DNA of 64,000 nucleotides from Rickettsiales bacterium (GTDB lineage Bacteria; Pseudomonadota; Alphaproteobacteria; Rickettsiales; JABIRX01): NCBI GenBank assembly GCA_965222515.1, contig CBDCUE010000017.1, positions 71,040 to 135,039 of the forward strand, read 5' to 3'. Shown piece by piece: positions 54,756 to 64,000 of this stretch (position 1 is its first letter; each line of letters starts with the position of its first letter). The notes under the pieces were generated by a model. It saw only the letters and a program-made list of their open reading frames with translations, ran no database searches and was not told where the DNA came from. The position numbers and the translations under genes were made by a program.

Positions 54756-55111
54756 AGCAATGTCTAAAAAAAATTATATTTTTTTCTAAAAAAGTGCAAA
54801 GGTTTTCTCGTCATTATCTTCAAACCCTTGCATTTTTACTCAAAAATACTAACATAAATATACCACTCAAACCCTTATAATACAACCCTTTTCCTTGCTT
54901 TTTTTACCTAATTCAGCAGACTCTATCTAGGTGCGACTAATTATTAATCTTGATAAGAAGATATATCGTATTCTTTTATAAACAACTTTTTTTGGTTGTT
55001 GTCAAAAGTTTTGTGTTTAAAGATTAATTTTTTGTCCAAAAATAAAATTTCACCATTTTTTTATAAATCTAAATAATAATAATGTATGAGATATGATTGT
55101 TCATCCTCATC

Positions 55112-56911
55112 CTATGCTTTTGTTTTATTTCTTAGTTTTCTTAAAATTCTTCTAGCAATAGGAGCAGCAGATCCTGAGCCAGAGCCTCCATGTTCTATTA
55201 AAATCGCTACTGCATATTTAGGCTTGTCATAAGGGGCAAATCCTACAAAGATTCCGTGATTTCTTCTTGAAAACTCTATCTCGCTTTGTTTTTTTTTGTC
55301 CTTGTGATCAATTGCTACTACTTGAGAGGTTCCAGTTTTACCAGACATATCCCAGCCTTTTTTTCTTATTCTAGAATAATAAGCTGTTCCCTTTCTGCTA
55401 TTAACTACTTTAAACATACCTTTTAATACAAATTCTATGTTTTTTTGATCAATGTCAGCTATTTGTTCAAAATTTGGTGCTTCTTCTTGTTTTAATAAAG
55501 TAGGTAAGATTTTCTTTCCTTTAGATGCTAATCTTGCTGTCATAACAGCAAGTTGCAAAATATTTGCACCAACTGCACCTTGACCTATAATACTATTATA
55601 GCTATCTCCCAATGCCCAGTAATCATTCAAAACTCTTTTTTTCCATTCTCTATCTGGTAGCAATCCCTTTTTTTCATTTAATAAGCCAATATTAAAAACC
55701 TCCGTAATACCAAATTTTTTTGCCACTTCATTTACTTTGTTAATTCCGATTGATTTCACTAAATTATAGAAATAAATATTGCAAGATTGCTCAATTGCTT
55801 TTAGTAAATTAGTTTTTTTATGTCCTGATTTTTTCCAACAATGAAAATATCTTCTACCTAATCTAACTTTACCATTACAAACTATGCTAGTTTTGGGATT
55901 AAACTTTTTTTCAAGAGCAGCAAGTGCCACAAGCAATTTAAAAGTTGAGCCTGGAGGGTAGGTAGAATTAACTACTCTGTTAAGCATAGGTTTTGCTTCG
56001 TTATTAAGCAATTTTTGCCAATTTTTATGCGAGATTCCAGAAACAAAATTATTTGAATCAAACGATGGAGTAGAAATTAAAGTTAAAATCTCTCCTGTTT
56101 CTATGTTTAATGTTACAATCCCTGCTTGTTTATCTTTTACAAGATTGTAACTATATTTTTGTAATTCAAGATCAAGAGATAATTGTAAATGATCTCCTGT
56201 TATTGATTTGGTGTGAGGTAGGTCTTTGTTTCTTACTGTAAAATTATTTGCATCTACTTCTATATGTTTTATTCCTGCTTTTCCCCTTAAATATTGTTCG
56301 TAAGTTCTTTCTAAACCAACTTTTCCAATTTTAAAGTCAGGATGTTTAAGTAAAATATTATTACTGTTTTTAGCCTCTTTTTTTCCAACAGCCGACACAT
56401 ATCCTAAAACTTGGGAAGTGATTTCTTTAAATGGGTAGTGTCTTTTTTGAGCTGTTTCAATGATTACTCCCGGTAAATTAGGAATATTCACCTCTACTTT
56501 AGAAATTTCTTGCCAAGTCAAATTATCATAAACCAAAAAATATCCATCCGATGATTTTCTTGAAGAGTCTTTATGATAAATAAAATCTTTTTTAGGAATA
56601 TCTAATATTTCACTTAATTTATTTAAAACATTATCTGATTTATGTTTTCTTACAGGATTGTATAAAATTCTATAATAACTGATATTTTCTGCAATTTTTA
56701 TATTATTCTTGTCTAATATGTCCCCTCTAAGTGGTGGAACTAATAAAGATTTTATGCTATTACTGTCTGATAAAATGTTAAATTTACTAAACTTTAATAA
56801 TTGTAGATAAATTAATCTTAAAATTAAAATAAAAACTAAGGTTAGTTTAATAGTAAAAATAAAGAATAATCTTCTAGAAAAAATTTTACTCTTATTAAAT
56901 TTATCTATCAT
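55112..56911 (-). CDS. mrdA: penicillin-binding protein 2 (elongasome transpeptidase)
   Basis: 599 aa. N-terminal TM, PBP dimerisation domain, transpeptidase motifs STFK (PPGSTFKLL) and KTGT (SGKTGTSQ). Overlaps mreD. Confidence 0.9.
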   Translation of the reverse strand: MIDKFNKSKIFSRRLFFIFTIKLTLVFILILRLIYLQLLKFSKFNILSDSNSIKSLLVPPLRGDILDKNNIKIAENISYYRILYNPVRKHKSDNVLNKLSEILDIPKKDFIYHKDSSRKSSDGYFLVYDNLTWQEISKVEVNIPNLPGVIIETAQKRHYPFKEITSQVLGYVSAVGKKEAKNSNNILLKHPDFKIGKVGLERTYEQYLRGKAGIKHIEVDANNFTVRNKDLPHTKSITGDHLQLSLDLELQKYSYNLVKDKQAGIVTLNIETGEILTLISTPSFDSNNFVSGISHKNWQKLLNNEAKPMLNRVVNSTYPPGSTFKLLVALAALEKKFNPKTSIVCNGKVRLGRRYFHCWKKSGHKKTNLLKAIEQSCNIYFYNLVKSIGINKVNEVAKKFGITEVFNIGLLNEKKGLLPDREWKKRVLNDYWALGDSYNSIIGQGAVGANILQLAVMTARLASKGKKILPTLLKQEEAPNFEQIADIDQKNIEFVLKGMFKVVNSRKGTAYYSRIRKKGWDMSGKTGTSQVVAIDHKDKKKQSEIEFSRRNHGIFVGFAPYDKPKYAVAILIEHGGSGSGSAAPIARRILRKLRNKTKA

Positions 56912-57389
56912 AGTAAGCAGGTTTGTAAATCTTTGACAAGGTTCTCAATATGTTATGACCTACGGGATAAAAGGCTATGGTTGAGATAATGGTAACAATA
57001 AAATAAGAAATATTGATAAGAATGTCATTTGATAAATAAATAACAACTAGTTTTATAAGAGAAAATTCTATGGTAAATATTGAAAATGATAACCAAACTT
57101 CACTAAATTTATTAAAATTAAATAATTTGAGATGAAATTGAAAAATATATAAACTTAAGAAAAAATATACTCCCGTAGTTCCAATTATGTAATTATTTAA
57201 GCTATCATAAAGAAAACTAATAAATAATATATATATTGTAGAAATATAATGTTCTTTATTAATAACAAAATAATATAAATAAATAATAGCAGTAAGAGGA
57301 AATATTATTCTAACTATTTCTGGTAAATATGGTATATAATTAATAATTAATATTATTAATGATAATGCATAAAATAATAATGCTTGCAT
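56901..57389 (-). CDS. mreD: rod shape-determining protein MreD
   Basis: 162-aa polytopic membrane protein immediately upstream of and overlapping mrdA. The call rests on position and hydrophobicity pattern. Confidence 0.5.
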   Translation of the reverse strand: MQALLFYALSLIILIINYIPYLPEIVRIIFPLTAIIYLYYFVINKEHYISTIYILFISFLYDSLNNYIIGTTGVYFFLSLYIFQFHLKLFNFNKFSEVWLSFSIFTIEFSLIKLVVIYLSNDILINISYFIVTIISTIAFYPVGHNILRTLSKIYKPAYYDR

Positions 57390-57395
57390 ATATTT

Positions 57396-58745
57396 TTATT
57401 TTATAAATATTGTGGCTAAACCCAAAAACGATAGAAAAGCTACTATATCTGTGATAGTGGTTAAAATAACCGTTGAACTAATAGCTGGATCTCCCTTTAG
57501 TTTGCTGATTATAATAGGAATAACAGCTCCTGACAAACCTGCAACCATTAAAGTTATTATTGTGGCGATTGCAAAAAGATTAGCAAGAAAAATATTGTCT
57601 AAAATAAATAATATTGCTAAGAAACAAATAAAAGCAAAAAATAAACCGTTAATTGTTCCTACTAAAAATTCTTTAAAAATTACCTTAAAAATATTTTTAT
57701 TATTTAATTCTTTAGTAGCTAAGGCACGAACAGAAATAGTAACAGTTTGAGTTCCTGCATTACCTCCCATAGATGCAACAATTGGCATCAATACAGCAAG
57801 TGCTACAATTTTTTCTATGGTAGCATCAAAAAATGCAATAACAATTGAGGCAAGAAGTGCGGTTAATAAATTAATAAAGAGCCAAGTAAATCTAGTTCTA
57901 ATGGTCTTGTGAGTTTTACTAAAAATATCTGATTCATTAATCCCTCCTAAGTGAAGAATATCTTCCTCTGCTTTTTCTTCTACTACATCTATTATGTCAT
58001 CAATAGTGATGTAACCTACTAATTTTGTATCATTATTTACAATTGGAGCAATAGTTAAATCATATTTTTGAAAAGAAATAGCCAAATCATCTTTGTCAGT
58101 TAAATAGTTGAAATTAATAATATCATTAGAAATTAAGGTAGACACAATAGTGTCTGCAGGATTTATTACTAATTCTCTAGTGTTTATTAAAGCAATAGGT
58201 TGGAAAAGGTCATTTATAATAAATACTCCATAAAAATTATCATTAAGAATAGCTTTGTTTTTGGAGCAATATGAATTTACTTGCTTGATTGTCCAATGTT
58301 TTGGCACTGATAGAAAATTCTTATTCATTAATCTAGCGGCACTATCTATCGGATAGTTGAGGCCATCTTCTAACTCTTTTTTTAGTTTTTCTGGTAGTAG
58401 TTTAATTATTGGTTGATAAAAATCTTTTTTAAAATCTTCTAATATTGAGATTATATCAACGGATTCTAGGTTAGATAATATTTCTGAGATTTGTTTTTGA
58501 GTGAATAATTCAAGAAATTCTTCTCTTATATGGGTGTTAAACTTCAAAAGTAAGTTTGCAGGAAAATTAATGCCAAGCAATTCTACAAAAATAATTCTTT
58601 TTTCATTTTTATAATCACTAAGTAAAATAGCTAAATCTACAATATTAATTTTTTTTATTATTTTGATAATAGCTTCTTTATTCTTTTTTGCCAAAAGAAG
58701 TTCAAATTCTTCAATTAAATGTTCAGTGTGATTACGATTAGTCAT
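57396..58745 (-). CDS. mgtE: magnesium transporter MgtE
   Basis: 449 aa. MgtE N-domain, tandem CBS region, five C-terminal TM helices with PIVASMGGNAGTQ and the GDPA motif. Confidence 0.9.
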   Translation of the reverse strand: MTNRNHTEHLIEEFELLLAKKNKEAIIKIIKKINIVDLAILLSDYKNEKRIIFVELLGINFPANLLLKFNTHIREEFLELFTQKQISEILSNLESVDIISILEDFKKDFYQPIIKLLPEKLKKELEDGLNYPIDSAARLMNKNFLSVPKHWTIKQVNSYCSKNKAILNDNFYGVFIINDLFQPIALINTRELVINPADTIVSTLISNDIINFNYLTDKDDLAISFQKYDLTIAPIVNNDTKLVGYITIDDIIDVVEEKAEEDILHLGGINESDIFSKTHKTIRTRFTWLFINLLTALLASIVIAFFDATIEKIVALAVLMPIVASMGGNAGTQTVTISVRALATKELNNKNIFKVIFKEFLVGTINGLFFAFICFLAILFILDNIFLANLFAIATIITLMVAGLSGAVIPIIISKLKGDPAISSTVILTTITDIVAFLSFLGLATIFIK

Positions 58746-58914
58746 TTAATTATTTTTTTATTTTTTGTAAGTAATGCTAAGATAGATATAATTTAAAGCA
58801 ATAGATATTAATTATAAAGTGATAAATATATAATTTTATATAATCATTTTTTTATAGCTAGAGTATAAAATAGGACTGGTGTGTTATCAGTAATTTTAAA
58901 TTTAAAAAAATCTC

Positions 58915-59135
58915 AAAGCAACTGCTCCCCCCTTCAGACTGTGCCACAATTAGTAAATTTGTGCATTTAACAAGAAAAACCCTCCGCCGTCATCCACGAA
59001 AAAGCGAAGATTCATTGTAGCAAAGGTCTGAAAAGACTGTAATCTACCTTGGATCCCTGCTTTTTCGTGGATGACGGCGGAGGGTTTTTTCTAAAAAATG
59101 TTATTTTTTCTATTATGACACAGCCTGTACTATAT
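58915..59135. repeat. inverted copy of the 21833..22110 repeat block (type 1 palindrome 58980..59084 plus the empty cacagtctg-aagggggg module)
   Basis: The arms ccctccgccgtcatccacgaaaaagc / gctttttcgtggatgacggcggaggg, the loop, and the flank ccacaattagtaaatttgtgcatttaacaagaaaa are reverse complements of the 21833..21975 sequence. Confidence 0.9.
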
Positions 59136-59158
59136 AGTTTTCAATAGAAATAATATTA

Positions 59159-61558
59159 TTACATTTCTGCCACTTTCTTCCAAAAAACAGGTAGCCAATC
59201 TTGGGGATTGTCTCCTACTTCTGCTATGATTTGATCTAATAATATAACTGTCTCTGCTCTTCCTGATAATGTTTCTATGACATCATCCATACCAGCTAAA
59301 TCAATTCTAGCCACGACAGAGTCTGATCCTTGCTTTACCAAAAAAAATCTAGAACTAGGGTCAGTGTTTTTTATTATCTGATATTCTCTTGCCGATAAAC
59401 CAAAAACTTCTCTATATGCCTTTGTTGCTTTTAAGTTCGGTAAAAATATTTGAGTTGCAGTTTGTTGAACCAAAGTATCACTAATATCACTTTTAGTAGC
59501 ATCCTCTACTGATTGAGTGGCAAAGATAACCAATGCATTTAATTTTCTTAGAACTTTTAACCAATCTTTAATTCTAGGAGCAAATACATCATTGTCAATT
59601 AAGGCCCAAGCTTCATCTAAAACTATTAAGGTTTTTGTACCATCAAGAGACATAGAAATTCTATGAAACAAATATAATAAAACGGAACCAAGGCTAAATT
59701 TATCTTGCAATAATTTATTCATTTCAAAGCCAAAACTATTAGCAGAGAGAAAATCTATATTATCTTCTGCATTGTCAAAAATTTTTGAATGACTACCATC
59801 GCTATGCCACATTGCAATCCTACTTGCTAAACTTCCTGGCCCTCCCATTCCTAAAAAAGCTACTACATTTTTTAATCTTCTTTCTTTTTTAGGTAATCTA
59901 TAATTTCCATTAATTGTTTCTTTTATTTTTTCTATATCCTCGGGGGTAAGAGGGGGATAATCTTCTTGAGTAAGTAATGCTTTAAACCAATCCACTAAAA
60001 ATGTTATATTTTCATTGTTACGATCCAACTGCAATGGGTTAAAACCGCTTTCCTTTCCTGCTTCAATGGTGAAGTGATGACCACCTATTGCTTTGATAAA
60101 AATTTCTGCACCTCTATCTTTATCAAAAAAGAAAGTTCTAGGTCTAAATTTTTGTGCTTGGCAACATAAGAAATTCATCAAAACAGTTTTACCAGCCCCT
60201 GTTGGTCCAATAATTAGCGAATGACCAACATCCCTATGATGAAAATTAAAGAAAAAAGGAGTTCCTGAACTAGTGTTAAATACTGTAACCGCATTGCCCC
60301 AATGATTTCCTTCTCTTTGTCCTGATGGATAATTGTGAAATGAAGCAAATCCTGCTAAATTCAAGGTGTTTATAGTAAATTTTCTTACTAAATAGCTACT
60401 GTTACCTGGTAATTGTCCCCAATATGCAGGTTCTAAATTCATCATTTCTCGGACTGCATTAATTCCTATATTAGAAAATTCTACTACTAATTGTGATAGG
60501 CTATTTTCTAAAGATTTGAATTCATCTCTAATAGCCAACACTTGTAAAGTATGTTTTCCAAATGCAATTTGACCACTCATAGCAATGTCTAATGCTTCAG
60601 TAATTTCTGCTATTTGAGATTTTGCAAGATCTTCTGATTGTTGTAATCTATTTTGTTGCAATTGCATACCACTAATAGCAGTTGACCTATCAGTAAATTC
60701 AAAATTTTGTGTGATAATACATTCAAAAGGTAATTTTAAAAAATTATCTAACATTCCAGCCGAAGTATTGGGTCTATGCTCCTTTACACTTATTATCCCT
60801 GCATACCTACTACCAAAAACACCTTTTGCTTCTAGTGATTTTTTACCAAAAAACAATCTATGATTAGGTAATACTTTAGAAATATTTTCTAAAGGAACTA
60901 TATAAGGCTGTTTAAAACCACAATTAACTAGCATACCTAAAAATTCTAATATTTCTGAAAAAACCCCATTTTTTTTTTTGGGGCTACCCAGTAACTTCAC
61001 TCCATAACTAGAATAAGCATTTAGCATTCTATTAGTCATTTCATCTAATTCTGCAAAATTATCTTCTAATTCTCTTTTCCAAGCATCTTTGTCTGTTTTT
61101 TTTTCAATAGCTTTGCTAAGATTCTCTAACATAGCTATTCCAGATGTATCTTTTTGTTTAATGATAGAAACATAAAGTTCATTAACAAAGGTGTAGTCTC
61201 CTCTATGGCGATAATGCCATTCTTCATCAGCTATTTGAGAGAAATAATCAGGCATATCACCATCAGGATAAGCTCTTTGTTTTCTTCTTATTGTGTGGAA
61301 CATCATAGAAAAAGTTCCTTTTCCCATTCCTTTAAACAAGGAATTTCTTAATTCCTTTTTTATCTCTAAATCTTCGTCATCTGCTGTTTCAAAAGAGAAT
61401 CCATTAACTTTTATAACTCTAAGAAGTCTATTTTCTGTTAGCAATATAGTGTTATTATTGTAATGACAAACATAGGGTAGAAAATTACTAGCAGAATATT
61501 CACTTTTTATTAGTTTGTCATATTTTAATCGGGCATTTGATAATTTTAAACCTAGCAT
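59159..61558 (-). CDS. virB4: type IV secretion system ATPase VirB4
   Basis: 799 aa. Walker A GPTGAGKT, Walker B LIVLDEAW, ATQS motif, and the typical VirB4 N-terminal region. Confidence 0.9.
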   Translation of the reverse strand: MLGLKLSNARLKYDKLIKSEYSASNFLPYVCHYNNNTILLTENRLLRVIKVNGFSFETADDEDLEIKKELRNSLFKGMGKGTFSMMFHTIRRKQRAYPDGDMPDYFSQIADEEWHYRHRGDYTFVNELYVSIIKQKDTSGIAMLENLSKAIEKKTDKDAWKRELEDNFAELDEMTNRMLNAYSSYGVKLLGSPKKKNGVFSEILEFLGMLVNCGFKQPYIVPLENISKVLPNHRLFFGKKSLEAKGVFGSRYAGIISVKEHRPNTSAGMLDNFLKLPFECIITQNFEFTDRSTAISGMQLQQNRLQQSEDLAKSQIAEITEALDIAMSGQIAFGKHTLQVLAIRDEFKSLENSLSQLVVEFSNIGINAVREMMNLEPAYWGQLPGNSSYLVRKFTINTLNLAGFASFHNYPSGQREGNHWGNAVTVFNTSSGTPFFFNFHHRDVGHSLIIGPTGAGKTVLMNFLCCQAQKFRPRTFFFDKDRGAEIFIKAIGGHHFTIEAGKESGFNPLQLDRNNENITFLVDWFKALLTQEDYPPLTPEDIEKIKETINGNYRLPKKERRLKNVVAFLGMGGPGSLASRIAMWHSDGSHSKIFDNAEDNIDFLSANSFGFEMNKLLQDKFSLGSVLLYLFHRISMSLDGTKTLIVLDEAWALIDNDVFAPRIKDWLKVLRKLNALVIFATQSVEDATKSDISDTLVQQTATQIFLPNLKATKAYREVFGLSAREYQIIKNTDPSSRFFLVKQGSDSVVARIDLAGMDDVIETLSGRAETVILLDQIIAEVGDNPQDWLPVFWKKVAEM

Positions 61559-61561
61559 TTT

Positions 61562-61840
61562 TTAATAGAGATCGTAAGAATTAGAATGATAAAAAGATCT
61601 ATTCCTGCATTTTGAGCATTTTGCTGATCTGGTCATTAACAGCTCTACCGCTAAAGGTTCTTTAGAACAAATAATATAACCTATACCATGAAACACAACT
61701 AGCAAAATAAAAGCTATAAAATCACCTTGGAATATAAAATATAATAAACAAGTCATACCATTTAATAAAACAAAAGGATAGGTTACCCCAAATAACATTG
61801 CAGGTCTAGTAAGTCCAAGAAAAAGTGGGTCTATTTGCAT
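61562..61840 (-). CDS. virB3: type IV secretion system protein VirB3
   Basis: 92 aa. DPLFLGLTRPAMLFGVTY start and two TM helices, directly upstream of virB4. Confidence 0.85.
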   Translation of the reverse strand: MQIDPLFLGLTRPAMLFGVTYPFVLLNGMTCLLYFIFQGDFIAFILLVVFHGIGYIICSKEPLAVELLMTRSAKCSKCRNRSFYHSNSYDLY

Positions 61841-61925
61841 ATCATTTATTAAAAACAGTTGATTATTAACATATAAATTAATATTTTGAACAATTCAATA
61901 ATTATTAAAAATAAAAACAATATTT

Positions 61926-63128
61926 ATGTCATTTCTATCAAAAAAATTAGAGTTAATTAAAGACTCTCCAACTATCGCAGTAACTATAAAAGCAAAAGAA
62001 CTTAAGGAATCTGGAAAAGATGTTATTGGTTTAGGAGCAGGGGAGCCTGATTTTGATACTGCAGATAATGTAAAAAAAGCAGCCATTGTAGCAATTAATC
62101 AAGGTCATTCAAAATATACAGCAGTAGATGGTATTGTGGAGTTAAAAAAAGCTATTCAAAATAAATTTTTGAAAGAAAATAATATTAATTATGAATTAGA
62201 TGAAATTATTGTAGGAACTGGAGGAAAACAAGTTTTATACAATGCTTTTATGGCAAGTTTAAATGAAGGGGATGAGGTGATCATTCCAGCTCCATTTTGG
62301 GTGTCATATCCAGATATAGTTCTTCTTTCTGGAGGAACTCCAAAAATTGTAAATTGTACTATTGCTAATAATTTTAAAATCACCCCAGAGCAATTAGAAG
62401 AATCAATTATAGATAAAACTAAATGGCTGATTTTAAACTCTCCATCAAACCCAACAGGGATGTGTTACACTAAGCAAGAATTATTGGATCTTTTAGAAAT
62501 AGTAAGAAAACATCCTAAGGTTAATATTTTGAGTGATGATATATATGAACATCTAATTTATGATGGTTTTAAATTTTATGCCATAGCAGAATTGGCACCT
62601 GATTTAAAAAATAGAATTTTGACCTTAAATGGAGTATCCAAAGCCTATGCTATGACTGGTTGGAGAATTGGTTATGCGGGAGGTAATAAAACACTAATTA
62701 AAGCGATGAAAAAACTACAATCTCAAAGCACCTCTAACCCCTGCTCAATTGCTCAATATGCAGCATTGGAGGCTATTTCAGGAACACAAAATTATTTAAA
62801 ATCTCAAAGAAAAATATTTGAAAGAAGAAGGGATTTGGTGCTTGTTAAATTATCTTCAATAAAAGGATTAGAGGTAATTAAGCCCCAAGGTGCTTTTTAT
62901 GTTTTTGTATCCATTAAAAATTTAATCGGGAAAAAAACAATTTCTAAAAAAACTATTAATAGCTGTAATGATTTTGCTAGTTACTTATTAGAAGAGTTTT
63001 TAGTAGCGGTGGTTTCAGGAGATGCTTTTGGAGCAAGTGGATATTTTAGAATTTCTTATGCCACCTCCGATGAGCTATTAGAAAAAGCCTGTAAAAGAAT
63101 TGCAGATGCTTGTGAAAAACTTATCTAA
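61926..63128 (+). CDS. aspartate aminotransferase (class I PLP-dependent aminotransferase)
   Basis: 400 aa. GAGEPDF, NSPSNPTG, and the PLP-lysine motif NGVSKAYAMTGWRIGY. Confidence 0.85.
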   Translation: MSFLSKKLELIKDSPTIAVTIKAKELKESGKDVIGLGAGEPDFDTADNVKKAAIVAINQGHSKYTAVDGIVELKKAIQNKFLKENNINYELDEIIVGTGGKQVLYNAFMASLNEGDEVIIPAPFWVSYPDIVLLSGGTPKIVNCTIANNFKITPEQLEESIIDKTKWLILNSPSNPTGMCYTKQELLDLLEIVRKHPKVNILSDDIYEHLIYDGFKFYAIAELAPDLKNRILTLNGVSKAYAMTGWRIGYAGGNKTLIKAMKKLQSQSTSNPCSIAQYAALEAISGTQNYLKSQRKIFERRRDLVLVKLSSIKGLEVIKPQGAFYVFVSIKNLIGKKTISKKTINSCNDFASYLLEEFLVAVVSGDAFGASGYFRISYATSDELLEKACKRIADACEKLI

Positions 63129-63153
63129 TAAATAAGTGTAATTAATAAAAAAT

Positions 63154-63438
63154 ATGCTAAAATATCTCCTTTATCTTATTGTCTTTATTATTATCTTACT
63201 CTTTGGCTTTGCTAATAATGAGACTGTTTTATTAAAATTTATTCCTAACATTATTGAATTTTCTTTACCATTACATATGGTAATTTTTATTTCTATTATT
63301 TTAGGAATGATTATTTGTTATTTTTCTTATGCTTATCAAACTATTTTATATAAGATTAAAAACTTTTTACAAAATAGAAAAATTATTAAGTTGGAAAAAA
63401 ATATCAAGCAAAACAACAATATTATGCTAGAGAAATGA
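63154..63438 (+). CDS. LapA/DUF1049-family small inner-membrane protein
   Basis: 94 aa. Two TM helices then a short coiled tail. The position directly upstream of trpF follows common alphaproteobacterial synteny. Confidence 0.45.
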   Translation: MLKYLLYLIVFIIILLFGFANNETVLLKFIPNIIEFSLPLHMVIFISIILGMIICYFSYAYQTILYKIKNFLQNRKIIKLEKNIKQNNNIMLEK

Positions 63439-64000
63439 ATAAAAAAATTAAGTTTTGTGGCATTAATAATATAGAAATTTTAAAATCAATTTTATCATAT
63501 CACATTTATCCTGATTTTTTAGGTTTTGTTTTTTATCAAAGCTCTCCTAGAAATATTAGTTTTGCTCAAGCAAAATTATTTTCTGATTTAATTGGTAATA
63601 AAATAAAAAAAATTGCTGTAACAATAGATAATGATTTAGTTTTTTTAGAAAAAATAGTAAATAACCTTAAGCCAAATATTTTACAATTACATAAAGAGGG
63701 GGATATTGAAGAAATAGTAGAAATAAAGAGAAAATTTAATCTGCCAATTATTCAGGCTATAAAGATCACAGAAACCTCTAATCTTTCTAAAAAAATTAAT
63801 AAATATAAGAATTATGTAGATTATTTTTTATTTGATAGCAAGCTATCAGGTAGTGGGAAAAAATTTAATTGGAAAATTTTACATAGTTTAGAAAAAAATA
63901 CAAAATATTTTTTAGCTGGAGGAATTAATATTACTAACTTGAGTGATGCTTACCAAACAAATGCAAATTTTCTTGACCTTTCTTCTGGGATTGAAACTAT
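63435..64000 (+). CDS. trpF: phosphoribosylanthranilate isomerase, 3' end outside the window
   Basis: Not in the track because it is open-ended. Manual translation from the ATG at 63435 (ATGA overlap with the previous stop) gives MNKKIKFCGINN...PDFLGFVFYQSSPRNI...LQLHKEG...GSGKKFNWKIL...YFLAGGIN...FLDLSSGIET, which are TrpF motifs. Confidence 0.8.
   Translation, partial: MNKKIKFCGINNIEILKSILSYHIYPDFLGFVFYQSSPRNISFAQAKLFSDLIGNKIKKIAVTIDNDLVFLEKIVNNLKPNILQLHKEGDIEEIVEIKRKFNLPIIQAIKITETSNLSKKINKYKNYVDYFLFDSKLSGSGKKFNWKILHSLEKNTKYFLAGGINITNLSDAYQTNANFLDLSSGIET

Larger units (their letters stand above)
53682..54926 (-). mobile_element. IS5-family insertion sequence
   Basis: The terminal inverted repeat atagagtctgcagaattag (53682..53700) matches the reverse complement of ctaattcagcagactctat (54908..54926). 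The transposase is split into two overlapping ORFs. Confidence 0.8.

Overview
Strongly AT-rich bacterial chromosomal segment. The gene content fits a host-associated alphaproteobacterium of the Rickettsiales/Holosporales type: archaeal-type ValRS, a virB3-virB4 pair, RPE-like palindromic repeats and many decayed IS elements. It nevertheless keeps his, lysA and trpF biosynthesis genes. Housekeeping content: polA (partial), htpG, valS, a his cluster (hisA, a TrpR/YerC-like gene, hisG-D-B-H-F-I), bolA-like, a putative Mic60-like/HemY-like pair, tRNA-Ser(UGA), a TauE pair, lipA, tRNA-Gly(GCC), lysA, infC, phoU, gpmI, lepB, mrdA, mreD, mgtE, virB4, virB3, an aspartate aminotransferase, a LapA-like gene and trpF (partial). 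A Fur-box promoter precedes a porin / FMN-binding / ApbE operon. Bases ~35058..54926, between lepB and mrdA, form an accessory block with five parts. (1) A degraded IS3. (2) An 885-aa protein with nine near-identical 33-aa (99-bp) tandem repeats. (3) An IS3 fragment cut by a MITE-like element that is itself cut by an IS1634-family IS with 48-bp target duplications. (4) A tightly packed seven-gene type I R-M operon. (5) An initiator-tRNA 3'-half fragment and an IS5-family element. The most unusual feature lies in that operon: the HsdS specificity subunit is fused in-frame to a SIR2 (NADase-type) domain and is followed by a HerA ATPase, so a SIR2-HerA defence pair appears wired into a type I restriction enzyme. 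The HsdS central helix also carries a perfect 66-bp tandem duplication. Several families of nested palindromic repeats occupy intergenic spacers, with one filled-versus-empty site comparison visible inside the window. All calls rest on reading the ORF translations and the DNA; no database search was possible.
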